NCBI GenBank assembly: GCA_027251445.1
Contig: JAPNQO010000084.1
Location: forward strand, 1 to 40,000
Source of the DNA: Fidelibacterota bacterium
Lineage (GTDB): Bacteria; Fidelibacterota; Marinisomatia; Marinisomatales; TCS55
DNA: 40,000 bases
Direction: 5' to 3'
Shown in pieces: positions 27,043 to 36,637 of this stretch. The translations under genes were made by a program, and so were the position numbers. The notes beneath the pieces were generated by a model that was not told the origin of the DNA, ran no database searches, and saw only the letters and a program-made list of their open reading frames with translations. The first letter of the stretch is position 1, and every line of letters starts with the position of its first letter.

Positions 27043-28800
27043 CTAGGAACCTAGACGTTTTGATAATATCAGCCAACCCTTTGCATCATTATCTTCTGGA
27101 TTTATCTGCAAACTTCTATTCCATGCTGCTATTGCAAGTTGATGCTCATTCATCTTCCAGTAGGTTACTCCCATTCCAGTATACGCACTAGAATCATTTG
27201 GACGTAACTCTAAAACTTCTTGAAAAGCTGATAATGATTCCTTAAACATAGCTTTATCTTGGTAGAAACGACCCAGCGTCCTAAAAGCACCTGGTAACCA
27301 AGCATAAGAATTAGAGTTTACACTTAGTGCATTTTCAAAAGAGGTTCTACCTAGGCCTGGCTCGCCCAATCGATTATATTCTACAGCTAAGATATAATAT
27401 GCTTGCGGTAATAGATTCCGGACAAGAGGGTGTTGATTCTGATAGTGCAATAAATCTTCCCACACTGATGCTGCAAGCCCCCATTCTTGCGCATTAAAAT
27501 AACTTAAACCTTGCATATATCTTGCATCAAGGTGCTGTGTATCAAGGTAGACAACATCGCCAAAACTTAATGCTGCATATATATATTTTCCCATATTGTA
27601 ATACAGGTTTGCTAAACCTAGGTGGGACTGTTTATGCTTAGGATCCATTTTAATTGATTTTTGAAAAGATGCTTTAGCTAAATCAATTTCACCTAATTCA
27701 GTATAAGAAACAGCCTGCAAGTAAATGAACCCATTTTGATCTGGATAACTTTCAATGGCTTCATTAGCCATGGAAATAGCTTCATTAAATCTACCCTCAT
27801 TAATCTTTTCATGTATTAATGTTAATTTTTTAGCCGGCCCCTCTGGCGCCTTAGAGGCTGTACGCACTAATACTTGTCTGCTCATTTCTAATCCAGGAGA
27901 GCCCTCATCCTTTATGGCCAAAGCATCTAATGTGCCTTTATGATTAGGATCAAGATCTAATGCCTCTTCATAAGATTGTCTCGCTTTTTGCAAGTCACCT
28001 AATTTTTCGTATAATGATCCAAGATAAAAATGTGAATCAGGATTATTATAATGTCGAGCAACTTGTCGAAGATAAACATCCTTTGCTTTAGACCAATTTC
28101 CATTAACTTCATAATGCAAACCAAGCTGTCTTTGGATACGTAAATCACCAGGAGAACTATCGGCTGCTTGTTCAAAATCTACAGTACTATATACAGGTCT
28201 AGATTCTAATCTTGTCAATTGTCTTTCTCTTTTAGGATCAATATACTTCATAGCTCTTCCCATTTTTCTTTTTGAATCAGAAAGATCATTGTTCAAATCA
28301 TAAAGTTCTCCAGCTAACTGCATTGCGCTTAAGCTTGGCTTTTTAGGTTTAGCTATAGAAGATTTTTTACTAGATCCTTTCTTTAAAAGACCATTAATTT
28401 TTGATATATAAGATTTTGTAGTTTTTGAAGGGCTAATCTTGTATGCTCTTTTAAAATCACCTAAAGCAGCTTTATAATTTTTTGCTTTTAATCTTTTCTT
28501 ACCTCTATCAAGATACTTTTTTGCTTGAGGATTGGATTTTGAAGATTTCTTTTTCTTAGACTTAGATTTCTTTTTTGATTTACTTTTCTTTCTTGAACTA
28601 GATTTTTTCTTTTTTCCGCTTGATTTTTTTGAATTGCTTTTGTTTTTAGTTGCAGACTTGGAGCTTCCAGATCTTTGCGCTAATAATTCTGATGATTGAA
28701 ACGGTAAAATTGTAGTAAATAGTAATAATATTACTATTCTAATAATCCATCTGGTATGTGAATAATGCATGTGGACTACAAACAATTTACGAAAATGCAA
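27043..28800 (-). CDS. Secreted tetratricopeptide-repeat protein with an N-terminal polybasic Lys/Ser-rich region
   Basis: 585 aa from the track start (TTG 28800). ATG 28770 (MHYSHTRWIIRIVILLLFTTILPFQSSELLA/QRS) is a plausible alternative start and gives a clean signal peptide. There are multiple canonical TPR units (for example NPDSHFYLGSLYEKLGDLQKARQSYEEALDLDPNH, HLGLANLYYNMGKYIYAALSFGDVVYLDTQH, AYTGMGVTYWKMNEHQLAIAAWNRSLQINPED). Confidence 0.75.
   Translation of the reverse strand: MHFRKLFVVHMHYSHTRWIIRIVILLLFTTILPFQSSELLAQRSGSSKSATKNKSNSKKSSGKKKKSSSRKKSKSKKKSKSKKKKSSKSNPQAKKYLDRGKKRLKAKNYKAALGDFKRAYKISPSKTTKSYISKINGLLKKGSSKKSSIAKPKKPSLSAMQLAGELYDLNNDLSDSKRKMGRAMKYIDPKRERQLTRLESRPVYSTVDFEQAADSSPGDLRIQRQLGLHYEVNGNWSKAKDVYLRQVARHYNNPDSHFYLGSLYEKLGDLQKARQSYEEALDLDPNHKGTLDALAIKDEGSPGLEMSRQVLVRTASKAPEGPAKKLTLIHEKINEGRFNEAISMANEAIESYPDQNGFIYLQAVSYTELGEIDLAKASFQKSIKMDPKHKQSHLGLANLYYNMGKYIYAALSFGDVVYLDTQHLDARYMQGLSYFNAQEWGLAASVWEDLLHYQNQHPLVRNLLPQAYYILAVEYNRLGEPGLGRTSFENALSVNSNSYAWLPGAFRTLGRFYQDKAMFKESLSAFQEVLELRPNDSSAYTGMGVTYWKMNEHQLAIAAWNRSLQINPEDNDAKGWLILSKRLGS
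28516..28674 (-). repeat. Low-complexity Lys/Ser coding tract (polypurine on the coding strand)
   Basis: Residues 43-95 of CDS 27043..28800 read RSGSSKSATKNKSNSKKSSGKKKKSSSRKKSKSKKKSKSKKKKSSKSNPQAKK. The plus strand shows the corresponding CTT/TTT-rich polypyrimidine run. Confidence 0.85.
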
Positions 28801-28832
28801 TCAGTCTGTCAGCGAAATAATTTTATTACCTG

Positions 28833-30131
28833 CTATTTTATTAATGAACCAAATAATTCATATTCATTGAAATCATCAATTTTAACTTTGCAAATAGTCC
28901 CTTTTTCTAGCTTTTCATTAATTCTTACTATTTTGTCTATCTCTGGAGCATCATACTGAGTTCGTCCAATTGAAATATCTTTACCAACTTCATCAATAAT
29001 AACTTTATGAGTTTCACCTACCATTGAACTATTTCTTTCATGATCTAAATCATTCTGAATATCCATAATTATCGCTTTTCTTTCGTCCTTTAATTCTCTT
29101 GGAACATTATCTGTTAAGTCAGCAGCAATAGTACCTTCCTCCTCAGAATAAGTAAAAACACCTAAATGATCAAATTTAATATCTGATATAAAGTCTGTTA
29201 ATTCTTTAAAGTCTTCCTCCTCTTCCCCAGGATAACCAACTATAATTGTAGTTCGAATACTGATGTTAGGGATAGCATTACGCAAACTATCAATTTTTTT
29301 ACGAATTCCTTTTTGGTCTAATCCCCTTCTCATAGATTTTAATAAATTATCAGAAGCGTGTTGAACTGGCATATCAATATAATCGCATACCCTATCTGAT
29401 TTTGCCATAGCATCTATAATTCTTTGATTAAGGTGAGCAGGGTGTGCATAATGAATTCGTATCCATTCAGGACCATTATCAATTTGATCTAACTGTGATA
29501 ATAAATCACTTAAATAAACCTTTTTATTTAAATCCCAACCATAAGATGTTGTATCTTGAGCTATTATCATTAATTCTTTTATTCCATTATCTACTAATCT
29601 ATTTGTTTCAGAAATTAAATCTGGTATAGTTCGACTTTTTTGTAGACCTCTCATTAATGGGATACTGCAAAAAGAACATCCATTATCACATCCTTCAGCA
29701 ATTTTTAGATATGCATAATGAGACGGAGTAAGAATAGATCTAAAAAATAAAGGATCATCTTTCCCATAATCTTTTCCAGTTATGAAAGAAGCAATTTGTT
29801 TATGGTCATTAGTTCCAAAGAAGCGATCCACTTCTGGTATTTCTTTTTTTAAGTCATCATGATATCTTTCCGATAAACAACCCATAACTACTAATTGTTC
29901 AATTGAACCTGTTTTTCTCAATTCAGCAGCTTGCAAAATAGTATCTACAGACTCTTCTCTTGCTAGGTCTAAAAATCCACATGTATTTACAATAACTGTG
30001 TCTGCATTATCAGGCTCTTCTGTTACGTCATATTGAGTATTTTTTAAACCACCAAGTAATATTTCAGAATCTACTAGATTCTTTGCGCATCCAAGGCTAA
30101 TAAGGTGTAGTTTTTTTCTATCTTTATTCAT
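28833..30131 (-). CDS. rimO: Ribosomal protein S12 methylthiotransferase RimO
   Basis: 432 aa. N-terminal LISLGCAKNLVDSE is typical of RimO rather than MiaB. Radical-SAM motif AEGCDNGCSFCSIP and a C-terminal TRAM domain. Confidence 0.85.
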   Translation of the reverse strand: MNKDRKKLHLISLGCAKNLVDSEILLGGLKNTQYDVTEEPDNADTVIVNTCGFLDLAREESVDTILQAAELRKTGSIEQLVVMGCLSERYHDDLKKEIPEVDRFFGTNDHKQIASFITGKDYGKDDPLFFRSILTPSHYAYLKIAEGCDNGCSFCSIPLMRGLQKSRTIPDLISETNRLVDNGIKELMIIAQDTTSYGWDLNKKVYLSDLLSQLDQIDNGPEWIRIHYAHPAHLNQRIIDAMAKSDRVCDYIDMPVQHASDNLLKSMRRGLDQKGIRKKIDSLRNAIPNISIRTTIIVGYPGEEEEDFKELTDFISDIKFDHLGVFTYSEEEGTIAADLTDNVPRELKDERKAIIMDIQNDLDHERNSSMVGETHKVIIDEVGKDISIGRTQYDAPEIDKIVRINEKLEKGTICKVKIDDFNEYELFGSLIK

Positions 30132-30999
30132 TATCTAATATAGAATTTATATAGTAATTATGGTCAAATTTTTCTAAATCTTCAATGTTTTCCCCTACCC
30201 CTAGAAACTCTATAGGTATGTTAAATTCTTTGTTTAGCGCAAAAACAATCCCACCTCTTGCTGTACCATCCATTTTAGTAAGTACAGCTGAATTAATGTC
30301 TGTATAGCTTAAAAATTCCTTTGCTTGAAATAATGAGTTCTGACCTAAGGTTGCATCAATTGTAATCATTGTACTTAAAGAATAATTTGCAAATTTTTCT
30401 GATATAGTTCTTTTCATCTTCTGTAGTTCAAGCATAAGGTTTTTATTTGTATGAAGCCTACCTGCCGTATCAATAATAATAATTTCAGAATTTTGAGAAT
30501 TTGCAGCGGACATACCATCGTAAATAACTGAAGATGGATCCTTTGCAGATTGATTACTTATCATTCGAACATCAATTCTATTCGACCATATTTTTAATTG
30601 ATCTAAGGCTGCAGCTCGATAGGTATCAGCAGCAACTAGTAAAACATTATTACCCTTTGATTTATAGTAATTAGCAAGCTTAGCTGCAGTCGTTGTTTTT
30701 CCTGTCCCATTAACACCAATAATTAATTTAACAAAAGGGATAGAATGATCAGCTATATTATTTGATTTTAATATTTTTATCATATAATCTTTAACCATAT
30801 CAACATAATTAACATTCGTACTATTTTTAATTAAATTGATTATTTCTGTACTAGTATCAACACCAATATCTGCAGATATAAGGGTGCTTTCCAATATATC
30901 CAGTGTTTCAATTGATACTTTATTCTTTTGCAGAGACTTAAAAGAATCTGATATGCTTTTTCGAGTTTTTGTTAATGCATTAAATAGTTTGCTAATCAT
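30124..30999 (-). CDS. ftsY: Signal recognition particle receptor FtsY (short, NG-domain form)
   Basis: GVNGTGKTTTAAKLA, DTAGRLH, TKMDGTARGG. The track starts at TTG 31029 with a 23-nt overlap. I prefer ATG 30999..30997 (MISKLFNALTKTRKS, the conserved FtsY N-domain start), 7 nt after the upstream stop. Confidence 0.9.
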   Translation of the reverse strand: MISKLFNALTKTRKSISDSFKSLQKNKVSIETLDILESTLISADIGVDTSTEIINLIKNSTNVNYVDMVKDYMIKILKSNNIADHSIPFVKLIIGVNGTGKTTTAAKLANYYKSKGNNVLLVAADTYRAAALDQLKIWSNRIDVRMISNQSAKDPSSVIYDGMSAANSQNSEIIIIDTAGRLHTNKNLMLELQKMKRTISEKFANYSLSTMITIDATLGQNSLFQAKEFLSYTDINSAVLTKMDGTARGGIVFALNKEFNIPIEFLGVGENIEDLEKFDHNYYINSILDNE

Positions 31000-31006
31000 A
31001 TTATTA

Positions 31007-31579
31007 TCAAAGGGTTTTGTATTCTTCAATAAAGGTTCTATAATATTTTACCCAACTGATAATTAAAAGATACGAAGCAACAACTAAACATAGAAAAGGG
31101 AGATATGGAATAGCATCAATCCTAAATATATGAAAAAATATTCCCATTGTTGTAATACCTGCACCCCATTTACCCCACCAATTTGAGTGAAGAACAAATT
31201 GAGTGTGATTTAACAGATAAATAGCTGGTAATGCTATTGATACATATCGAAACAAGTAGAATATAAAGAACCAAGTAGGGAATCTTCCTTCATATACCAT
31301 AAAAGCAGTGATAGCAAGTATAACAATAAAATCTGAAATAGGATCTAACCATTGACCAAAATGAGTAACATTATGAGATTTTCTTGCTACCCATCCATCT
31401 AGTGCGTCTGATAATATTGCAATTACTATCAACCAAAAAGTATAATTAAGGTACTGTTCATCACGAAGAGTATAAATTATAGGTATTGCTAATAAAGCCC
31501 TTAATAAACTAATAAAGTTTGCAAGTGTTAGAATCCTTGATGGATCTGTAATCCTTCTTTTAGTGCTATTTTCATTCAT
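31007..31579 (-). CDS. CDP-alcohol phosphatidyltransferase (PgsA-like)
   Basis: 190 aa polytopic protein. A perfect family motif D-x2-DG-x2-AR-x8-G-x3-D-x3-D is seen in SDALDGWVARKSHNVTHFGQWLDPISDF. Head-group specificity cannot be determined from the sequence. Confidence 0.8.
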   Translation of the reverse strand: MNENSTKRRITDPSRILTLANFISLLRALLAIPIIYTLRDEQYLNYTFWLIVIAILSDALDGWVARKSHNVTHFGQWLDPISDFIVILAITAFMVYEGRFPTWFFIFYLFRYVSIALPAIYLLNHTQFVLHSNWWGKWGAGITTMGIFFHIFRIDAIPYLPFLCLVVASYLLIISWVKYYRTFIEEYKTL

Positions 31580-31625
31580 AATATAAAATATAGTTATTTA
31601 TTATGAATAAATTAACATCCATAAT

Positions 31626-32912
31626 TTAATCACGTATAATGCCTCTTACTATTCTTGTAGATGCACCAATATTATTATGAATAACATTAGTAGCGGCTTC
31701 ACTCGCCTTCAATAATACTTTTTCATTATTAATTAATTCATTTGTGATATTATAAAATTCTTGACCACTTCTAACAGACCATCCCCCTCCAAGATCAATT
31801 AATTCTTTAGCTTCATGAAAATTATCATATTGGGGACCAAAGATTACTGGCAATCTTGCAATTGCTGGTTCCATAACATTGTGAATTCCTGCAGAAAAAC
31901 CCCCTCCAATATATGCAATAATTCCTTCCCAATATAATTGGGATAACACACCAATTACATCGACAATAATAACTCTGGGAAAATTTTTATTATCAGTTTT
32001 TTGTTTACTATAAATGTCAACTGAAAATCCCTTATCTGAAAAATAATCAAAAACTAAACTAATTTGCTTTGGAATTGGTTCATGTGGCACCCAATAGATA
32101 TGTAAATCATTATTTTCATTAATTAAATCCATTAAGCCTTCTATTATATTTTTTCTATCCTCAATATGCATACTTCCTAATATTATACTTTTCCTTCTTT
32201 TTAAAATTCCTTTTGTATGTTCTATTGAATATTGATCAATAGATTTATTTACTTGATCATATCTAGGGTTACCTAAAACACGTGTAATTACATTGTTAGT
32301 TTCATTTAAAATTAATCGAAGTTTTTTATCATCATTCTTTGTTATCGTATATATGGAATGAAATTTTTTATAGACATATCCATAAAAGCTTTTAACCAAG
32401 GGGATCAACTTTTTTGTATTTTTTTTAAACTTAGCTGCAAATAAAACTGTTGGTATATTCATTTTTTTCGCATTCCATATCAAATTAGGCCAAATATCAT
32501 ATGCAGCAAAAATTAGTTTTTTAGGTTTAATAATCTTGAGGATCCTTCTAGTTGACCAAGGAAAATCAAAGGGAAGATAAATTTTACAATCAATTATTTT
32601 ATCATCTACATTATTATACCCAGATGGTGAAAAAAAACTAACAATTATTTTTATTTTGGGTTCTATTTCTTTTAAACCTAATAAAACGGGTCTAGCTTGG
32701 AGAAACTCTCCGTGAGAAGAGACATGAAACCAATATATAATCTGATCTCCTTTACCAAGAGACTTTATGTAATGGTCTAAAATACCAAAAGTATTAAATC
32801 GACCAAAAAAACCCTCTCTTATTTTCTTATTTATAATTAAGCCTATAATGCCAATAATTACCATTATTGGCAAAAAAATAATATTATAAAGGAAGTACCA
32901 TATGAAGATCAT
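31626..32912 (-). CDS. waaA: 3-deoxy-D-manno-octulosonic acid (Kdo) transferase
   Basis: 428 aa. N-terminal membrane anchor, WFHVSSHGEFLQARPVL (equivalent to the WxHxxSxGE motif), and a C-terminal GT-B domain with GGGFSAGIHNVMEPA. Confidence 0.85.
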   Translation of the reverse strand: MIFIWYFLYNIIFLPIMVIIGIIGLIINKKIREGFFGRFNTFGILDHYIKSLGKGDQIIYWFHVSSHGEFLQARPVLLGLKEIEPKIKIIVSFFSPSGYNNVDDKIIDCKIYLPFDFPWSTRRILKIIKPKKLIFAAYDIWPNLIWNAKKMNIPTVLFAAKFKKNTKKLIPLVKSFYGYVYKKFHSIYTITKNDDKKLRLILNETNNVITRVLGNPRYDQVNKSIDQYSIEHTKGILKRRKSIILGSMHIEDRKNIIEGLMDLINENNDLHIYWVPHEPIPKQISLVFDYFSDKGFSVDIYSKQKTDNKNFPRVIIVDVIGVLSQLYWEGIIAYIGGGFSAGIHNVMEPAIARLPVIFGPQYDNFHEAKELIDLGGGWSVRSGQEFYNITNELINNEKVLLKASEAATNVIHNNIGASTRIVRGIIRD

Positions 32913-33931
32913 CTATCTAAAATGCCCCTGATAGAGTTTATTACATCAGAGCTAGAAATTTCATTTATGCAATATTGTTGGGGTCTGAAACAAGGACTTC
33001 GACCATTTTGACTACACGGTCTACACCAAATTTCTTTTTCTACAGTAGATGATCTTTTTAACATAACTCCACCACCCATTTGAGTATTAGTTGGACCTAA
33101 AATCATTAAAACGGGAACACCCAATGCCTCTGATGCATGCACCAATCCTGTATCACTTCCAATTGTAAAACTAGATAATGAAATTAACGCAATAGATTCT
33201 CTTAAAGATAATCTTCCAAAAAGGGAAGTAACATTATTATTGATTTTATTAATTGAGTTACATATATCATCATTATTTCCACCTAACATAACTACTTTAT
33301 ATTTAAGACTCTCAGTAATGTAATTTATTACTTTACTATACCTTTTCTTGAGCCAGGTTTTCTGCTTCCATGCAGCTCCAGGTATTAATGTTATAAATGA
33401 TCTATCTACACCATTATTTTTAAGAAGTAATTCAGCTTCATTCCTTTCAATTTTTGATACAACCAATTTATTATCTGGTATATTATAATTGTTGACTAAT
33501 ATTTTGTTTAGACATTGATGATAAAGCCATCGCTGAGAAAATTTATTATCAAAATCATTCCTATTAAACTGAATCATTTTAAACCTCTTCCACCTTGGTT
33601 TTTTATAAATGATTTTTTGAATACCTTTAATATGATTTAATATGATTTTAGATCGAATAACATTATGAAAATCAATTATCAAATCATATTTACGATCAGA
33701 TATTTTCTTTCCAATATTTTTTAATTGATTGTAGTTAAAAAATCTAGAGATTGTTATGATACGATTAATAAATGGTTGACCTATTAATATTTCAGCGTAT
33801 TCATCTAAAGTAATAATATCAATCTTAGCATCGGGAAACTGATCATTTAATGTCTGCAGAGGAGATGTTAACTGTACAATATCACCTATAGAACTGAACC
33901 TTAAGACCAAAATGGTCCTTAGCTTTTGCAT
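32909..33931 (-). CDS. Glycosyltransferase family 9 (LPS heptosyltransferase-like)
   Basis: 340 aa. ILVLRFSSIGDIVQLTSPLQTL N-terminus and SDTGLVHASEALGVPVLMILGPT are typical of GT9. ATGA overlap with waaA. Confidence 0.8.
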   Translation of the reverse strand: MQKLRTILVLRFSSIGDIVQLTSPLQTLNDQFPDAKIDIITLDEYAEILIGQPFINRIITISRFFNYNQLKNIGKKISDRKYDLIIDFHNVIRSKIILNHIKGIQKIIYKKPRWKRFKMIQFNRNDFDNKFSQRWLYHQCLNKILVNNYNIPDNKLVVSKIERNEAELLLKNNGVDRSFITLIPGAAWKQKTWLKKRYSKVINYITESLKYKVVMLGGNNDDICNSINKINNNVTSLFGRLSLRESIALISLSSFTIGSDTGLVHASEALGVPVLMILGPTNTQMGGGVMLKRSSTVEKEIWCRPCSQNGRSPCFRPQQYCINEISSSDVINSIRGILDR

Positions 33932-33932
33932 A

Positions 33933-34922
33933 CTAATAGTTTCTGTTAGAATTAAAAGCTACTAGGTCAATCAATGATTGTCTGTAAGCTGAATCAGGAT
34001 ATTCACTTATAGCTTCAATAGCTTGATTACTAAACTCATCTATTTTTTGTTTAGCATAATCAAATCCACCTGAGGAATTAATTAATTGTTTTAATTTCTT
34101 GATGTCATCTTTCGATTTATTTTTAATGTTTAGAATTTTCTTAACTAATCTTGATTCAGGCTTTTTTAAATTCGAATAAGAATAAATTAAGGGTAGAGTA
34201 ATCATATTTTTCTTTACATCAGCGCCTACATTCTTACCAGTTTTTGATTCAACCCCTAACATATCAAATAAATCATCTTTAATCTGAAATGCCATACCTA
34301 AATTTTCACCAAAGATACGCATATTATTTCTGTCAGCATTATTTTTTGAAGATGTTATAGCTCCTAACTCACAAGAAGTTGAAATAAGACTTGCTGTTTT
34401 TTTATTAATCATATCATAATAAATTTTTTCTGTCATTGATCTTGTTAAGCTCTTTTCTATTTGCAATATTTCTCCTGAACTTAGCTTTTCTGCAGTTTGA
34501 GATATCAAATCAAGAGCCTCAAAATCTTTTATACCTACTAAATTAATAAGTGCTTTACTTAGAATAAAATCACCCATTAAAACAGAAACTTTATTCTTCC
34601 AGATTCTATTTACAGATGTAAAACCTCTTCTCGTTGTAGCATCATCAACAACATCATCATGTATCAATGTTGCGATATGTAATAATTCAATCATTGCTGC
34701 AGATCTATAACTATTTAAACAAGGTTTTCCACAAACTCTAGCAGATAGAATAGTTAATATTGGTCTAATATGTTTGCCTTTATGCCTAAGAATATATTTA
34801 CCAACTGTATTAACTAGACGCACCTCGGATTTAAGAGCATCTCGTAGCTCTGCTTCAAAAAGTTTTATATCTTCAAATATTGGTGCAGTGATATCTTTAA
34901 GTGTATTTAAATCGTTTTTCAT
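33933..34922 (-). CDS. All-trans polyprenyl diphosphate synthase (IspB-like, long chain)
   Basis: 329 aa. First Asp-rich motif LIHDDVVDD and second motif FQIKDDLFD. Chain length not inferable. Confidence 0.88.
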   Translation of the reverse strand: MKNDLNTLKDITAPIFEDIKLFEAELRDALKSEVRLVNTVGKYILRHKGKHIRPILTILSARVCGKPCLNSYRSAAMIELLHIATLIHDDVVDDATTRRGFTSVNRIWKNKVSVLMGDFILSKALINLVGIKDFEALDLISQTAEKLSSGEILQIEKSLTRSMTEKIYYDMINKKTASLISTSCELGAITSSKNNADRNNMRIFGENLGMAFQIKDDLFDMLGVESKTGKNVGADVKKNMITLPLIYSYSNLKKPESRLVKKILNIKNKSKDDIKKLKQLINSSGGFDYAKQKIDEFSNQAIEAISEYPDSAYRQSLIDLVAFNSNRNY

Positions 34923-34948
34923 ATCTATTTAATTATTTTTTTTAAATT

Positions 34949-35674
34949 TCATTTATTTCTTTTAACCATCCAAGATACACCGATACTAATTTCATATAAT
35001 ATAGCAAGGGGGATCGACATAAAAACCAGACTTATAGGATCTGGCGGTGTAATAAATGCAGATAAAATTAATATAAAAACTAATGCATGTCGACGGTAAT
35101 GACGCATAAACGCGGGAGTTAAAATCCCTATACTACTCAATATAAACACAATTATCGGCAATTCGAAAATTACACCACTACCTAATAATAACATTGTAAT
35201 AAAACTAAAATAGTAATTTATTGAAAAATTGTTTTTCACTTCTATCATACCCATAGATGTAAAAAAGTTCAATGAGTATGGTATTAATACTACAAATGCA
35301 AAAACAATGCCAATTAAGAATGCGAAATAACTAAAGAAAACTAAAGGAAACATAACTTTTTTTTCATTATTATGTAATCCAGGTCCTATAAATTTTGCCA
35401 GTTGATATGTTAATACTGGAACTGCTAAAACTACTCCCCCTAGTAAAGCAACTCCCCACTTAATCATAAACATACCTTGAACTTTTAAAACTTGCAGATC
35501 AGGAGGGTTTGATAAATTCTTTATGGGAAAAATTAGAAATTGTAAAATATCTTCAATAAATAAAAAAGATACTATACCCCCTATTAAAATAGCTGCAATA
35601 CTCTTTATTAATCTCCAACGCAATTCCTCAAGATGATCTAAAAAAGACATCTGTGCTGACTCATGTGAATTCAT
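34949..35674 (-). CDS. tatC: Twin-arginine translocase subunit TatC
   Basis: 241 aa with six TM helices. MSFLDHLEELRWRLIKS N-terminus and the FITPPDPIS motif. Confidence 0.92.
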   Translation of the reverse strand: MNSHESAQMSFLDHLEELRWRLIKSIAAILIGGIVSFLFIEDILQFLIFPIKNLSNPPDLQVLKVQGMFMIKWGVALLGGVVLAVPVLTYQLAKFIGPGLHNNEKKVMFPLVFFSYFAFLIGIVFAFVVLIPYSLNFFTSMGMIEVKNNFSINYYFSFITMLLLGSGVIFELPIIVFILSSIGILTPAFMRHYRRHALVFILILSAFITPPDPISLVFMSIPLAILYEISIGVSWMVKRNK

Positions 35675-36603
35675 ATATCAATATTCTCCATAATCTCTTT
35701 TGCAGTAATAATTGGAGATTTTTTTAAGTCATTTATTGATTCTGTAGCACTATTTAATTTCGTAATCTTTTTTTTCGTCCAAAATTTATTTAATATTTTC
35801 TCTTGAATAATTTTTTTAACACGTAATCTATAACGGATTTTTTTCCTTTTTAAGATATGACCTGTTGCATCTAATTCTTCATACTTATTCATAATCCCCT
35901 TGAATAATTCTTCAATTCCTTTACCTTCTTTTGCAGTGGTATTAAAAATAGGTCGATTAATTTCTTTATTAATATTAATTATTGATTTCAATTTTTCTGT
36001 TAATTGTTTTGCCCCTTTTCTATCAGATTTATTAACAATAAATAAATCACCAATCTCTATTAGTCCAGCTTTCATTAATTGTACTTCATCTCCTGCTTCA
36101 GGAACTAATACAATAATTGTTAAATCTGCAACATTTACTATATCATACTCTCCCTGTCCAACACCAACAGTTTCATAAATAATTATATCTTTTCCTGCAA
36201 TAGCTAAAATATCTCCTATGTCCTGTGCCTTTCTTGATAATCCGCCAAGTTGTCCCTGAGTACTCATACTTCGAATAAAAATATTCTCATTGTTATGGTA
36301 TTGATTCATTCTAACTCTATCTCCCAACAAAGATCCGCCTGAAAATGGACTTGTAGGATCAATAGCGATTACACCTACCTTATGATTAGTCTTAATAAAA
36401 TTTTTAATTAATTCATTTGTGATAGAACTTTTTCCAGCTCCAGGGGGACCAGTAATACCTATTCGAATTGCATGATTAGTTTTACGAAAAAGTTTATCAA
36501 GATCCACACTTTTTTCTACATCTGTATTTTCAATTTCTGTTATTAATCGAGATAAATCACGTTGATTATTAGCTTCTAAATTTTGGATTAGAAATTTATC
36601 CAT
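35671..36603 (-). CDS. meaB: MeaB/ArgK-type G3E-family GTPase (methylmalonyl-CoA mutase-associated type)
   Basis: 310 aa. Walker A GITGPPGAGKSS, DPTSPFSGGSLLGDRVRM, ETVGVGQ, and NKSD. ATGA overlap with tatC. Confidence 0.88.
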   Translation of the reverse strand: MDKFLIQNLEANNQRDLSRLITEIENTDVEKSVDLDKLFRKTNHAIRIGITGPPGAGKSSITNELIKNFIKTNHKVGVIAIDPTSPFSGGSLLGDRVRMNQYHNNENIFIRSMSTQGQLGGLSRKAQDIGDILAIAGKDIIIYETVGVGQGEYDIVNVADLTIIVLVPEAGDEVQLMKAGLIEIGDLFIVNKSDRKGAKQLTEKLKSIININKEINRPIFNTTAKEGKGIEELFKGIMNKYEELDATGHILKRKKIRYRLRVKKIIQEKILNKFWTKKKITKLNSATESINDLKKSPIITAKEIMENIDI

Positions 36604-36637
36604 TGGATATCAAAAGCTTAGTTTAAGTAAAGATACT

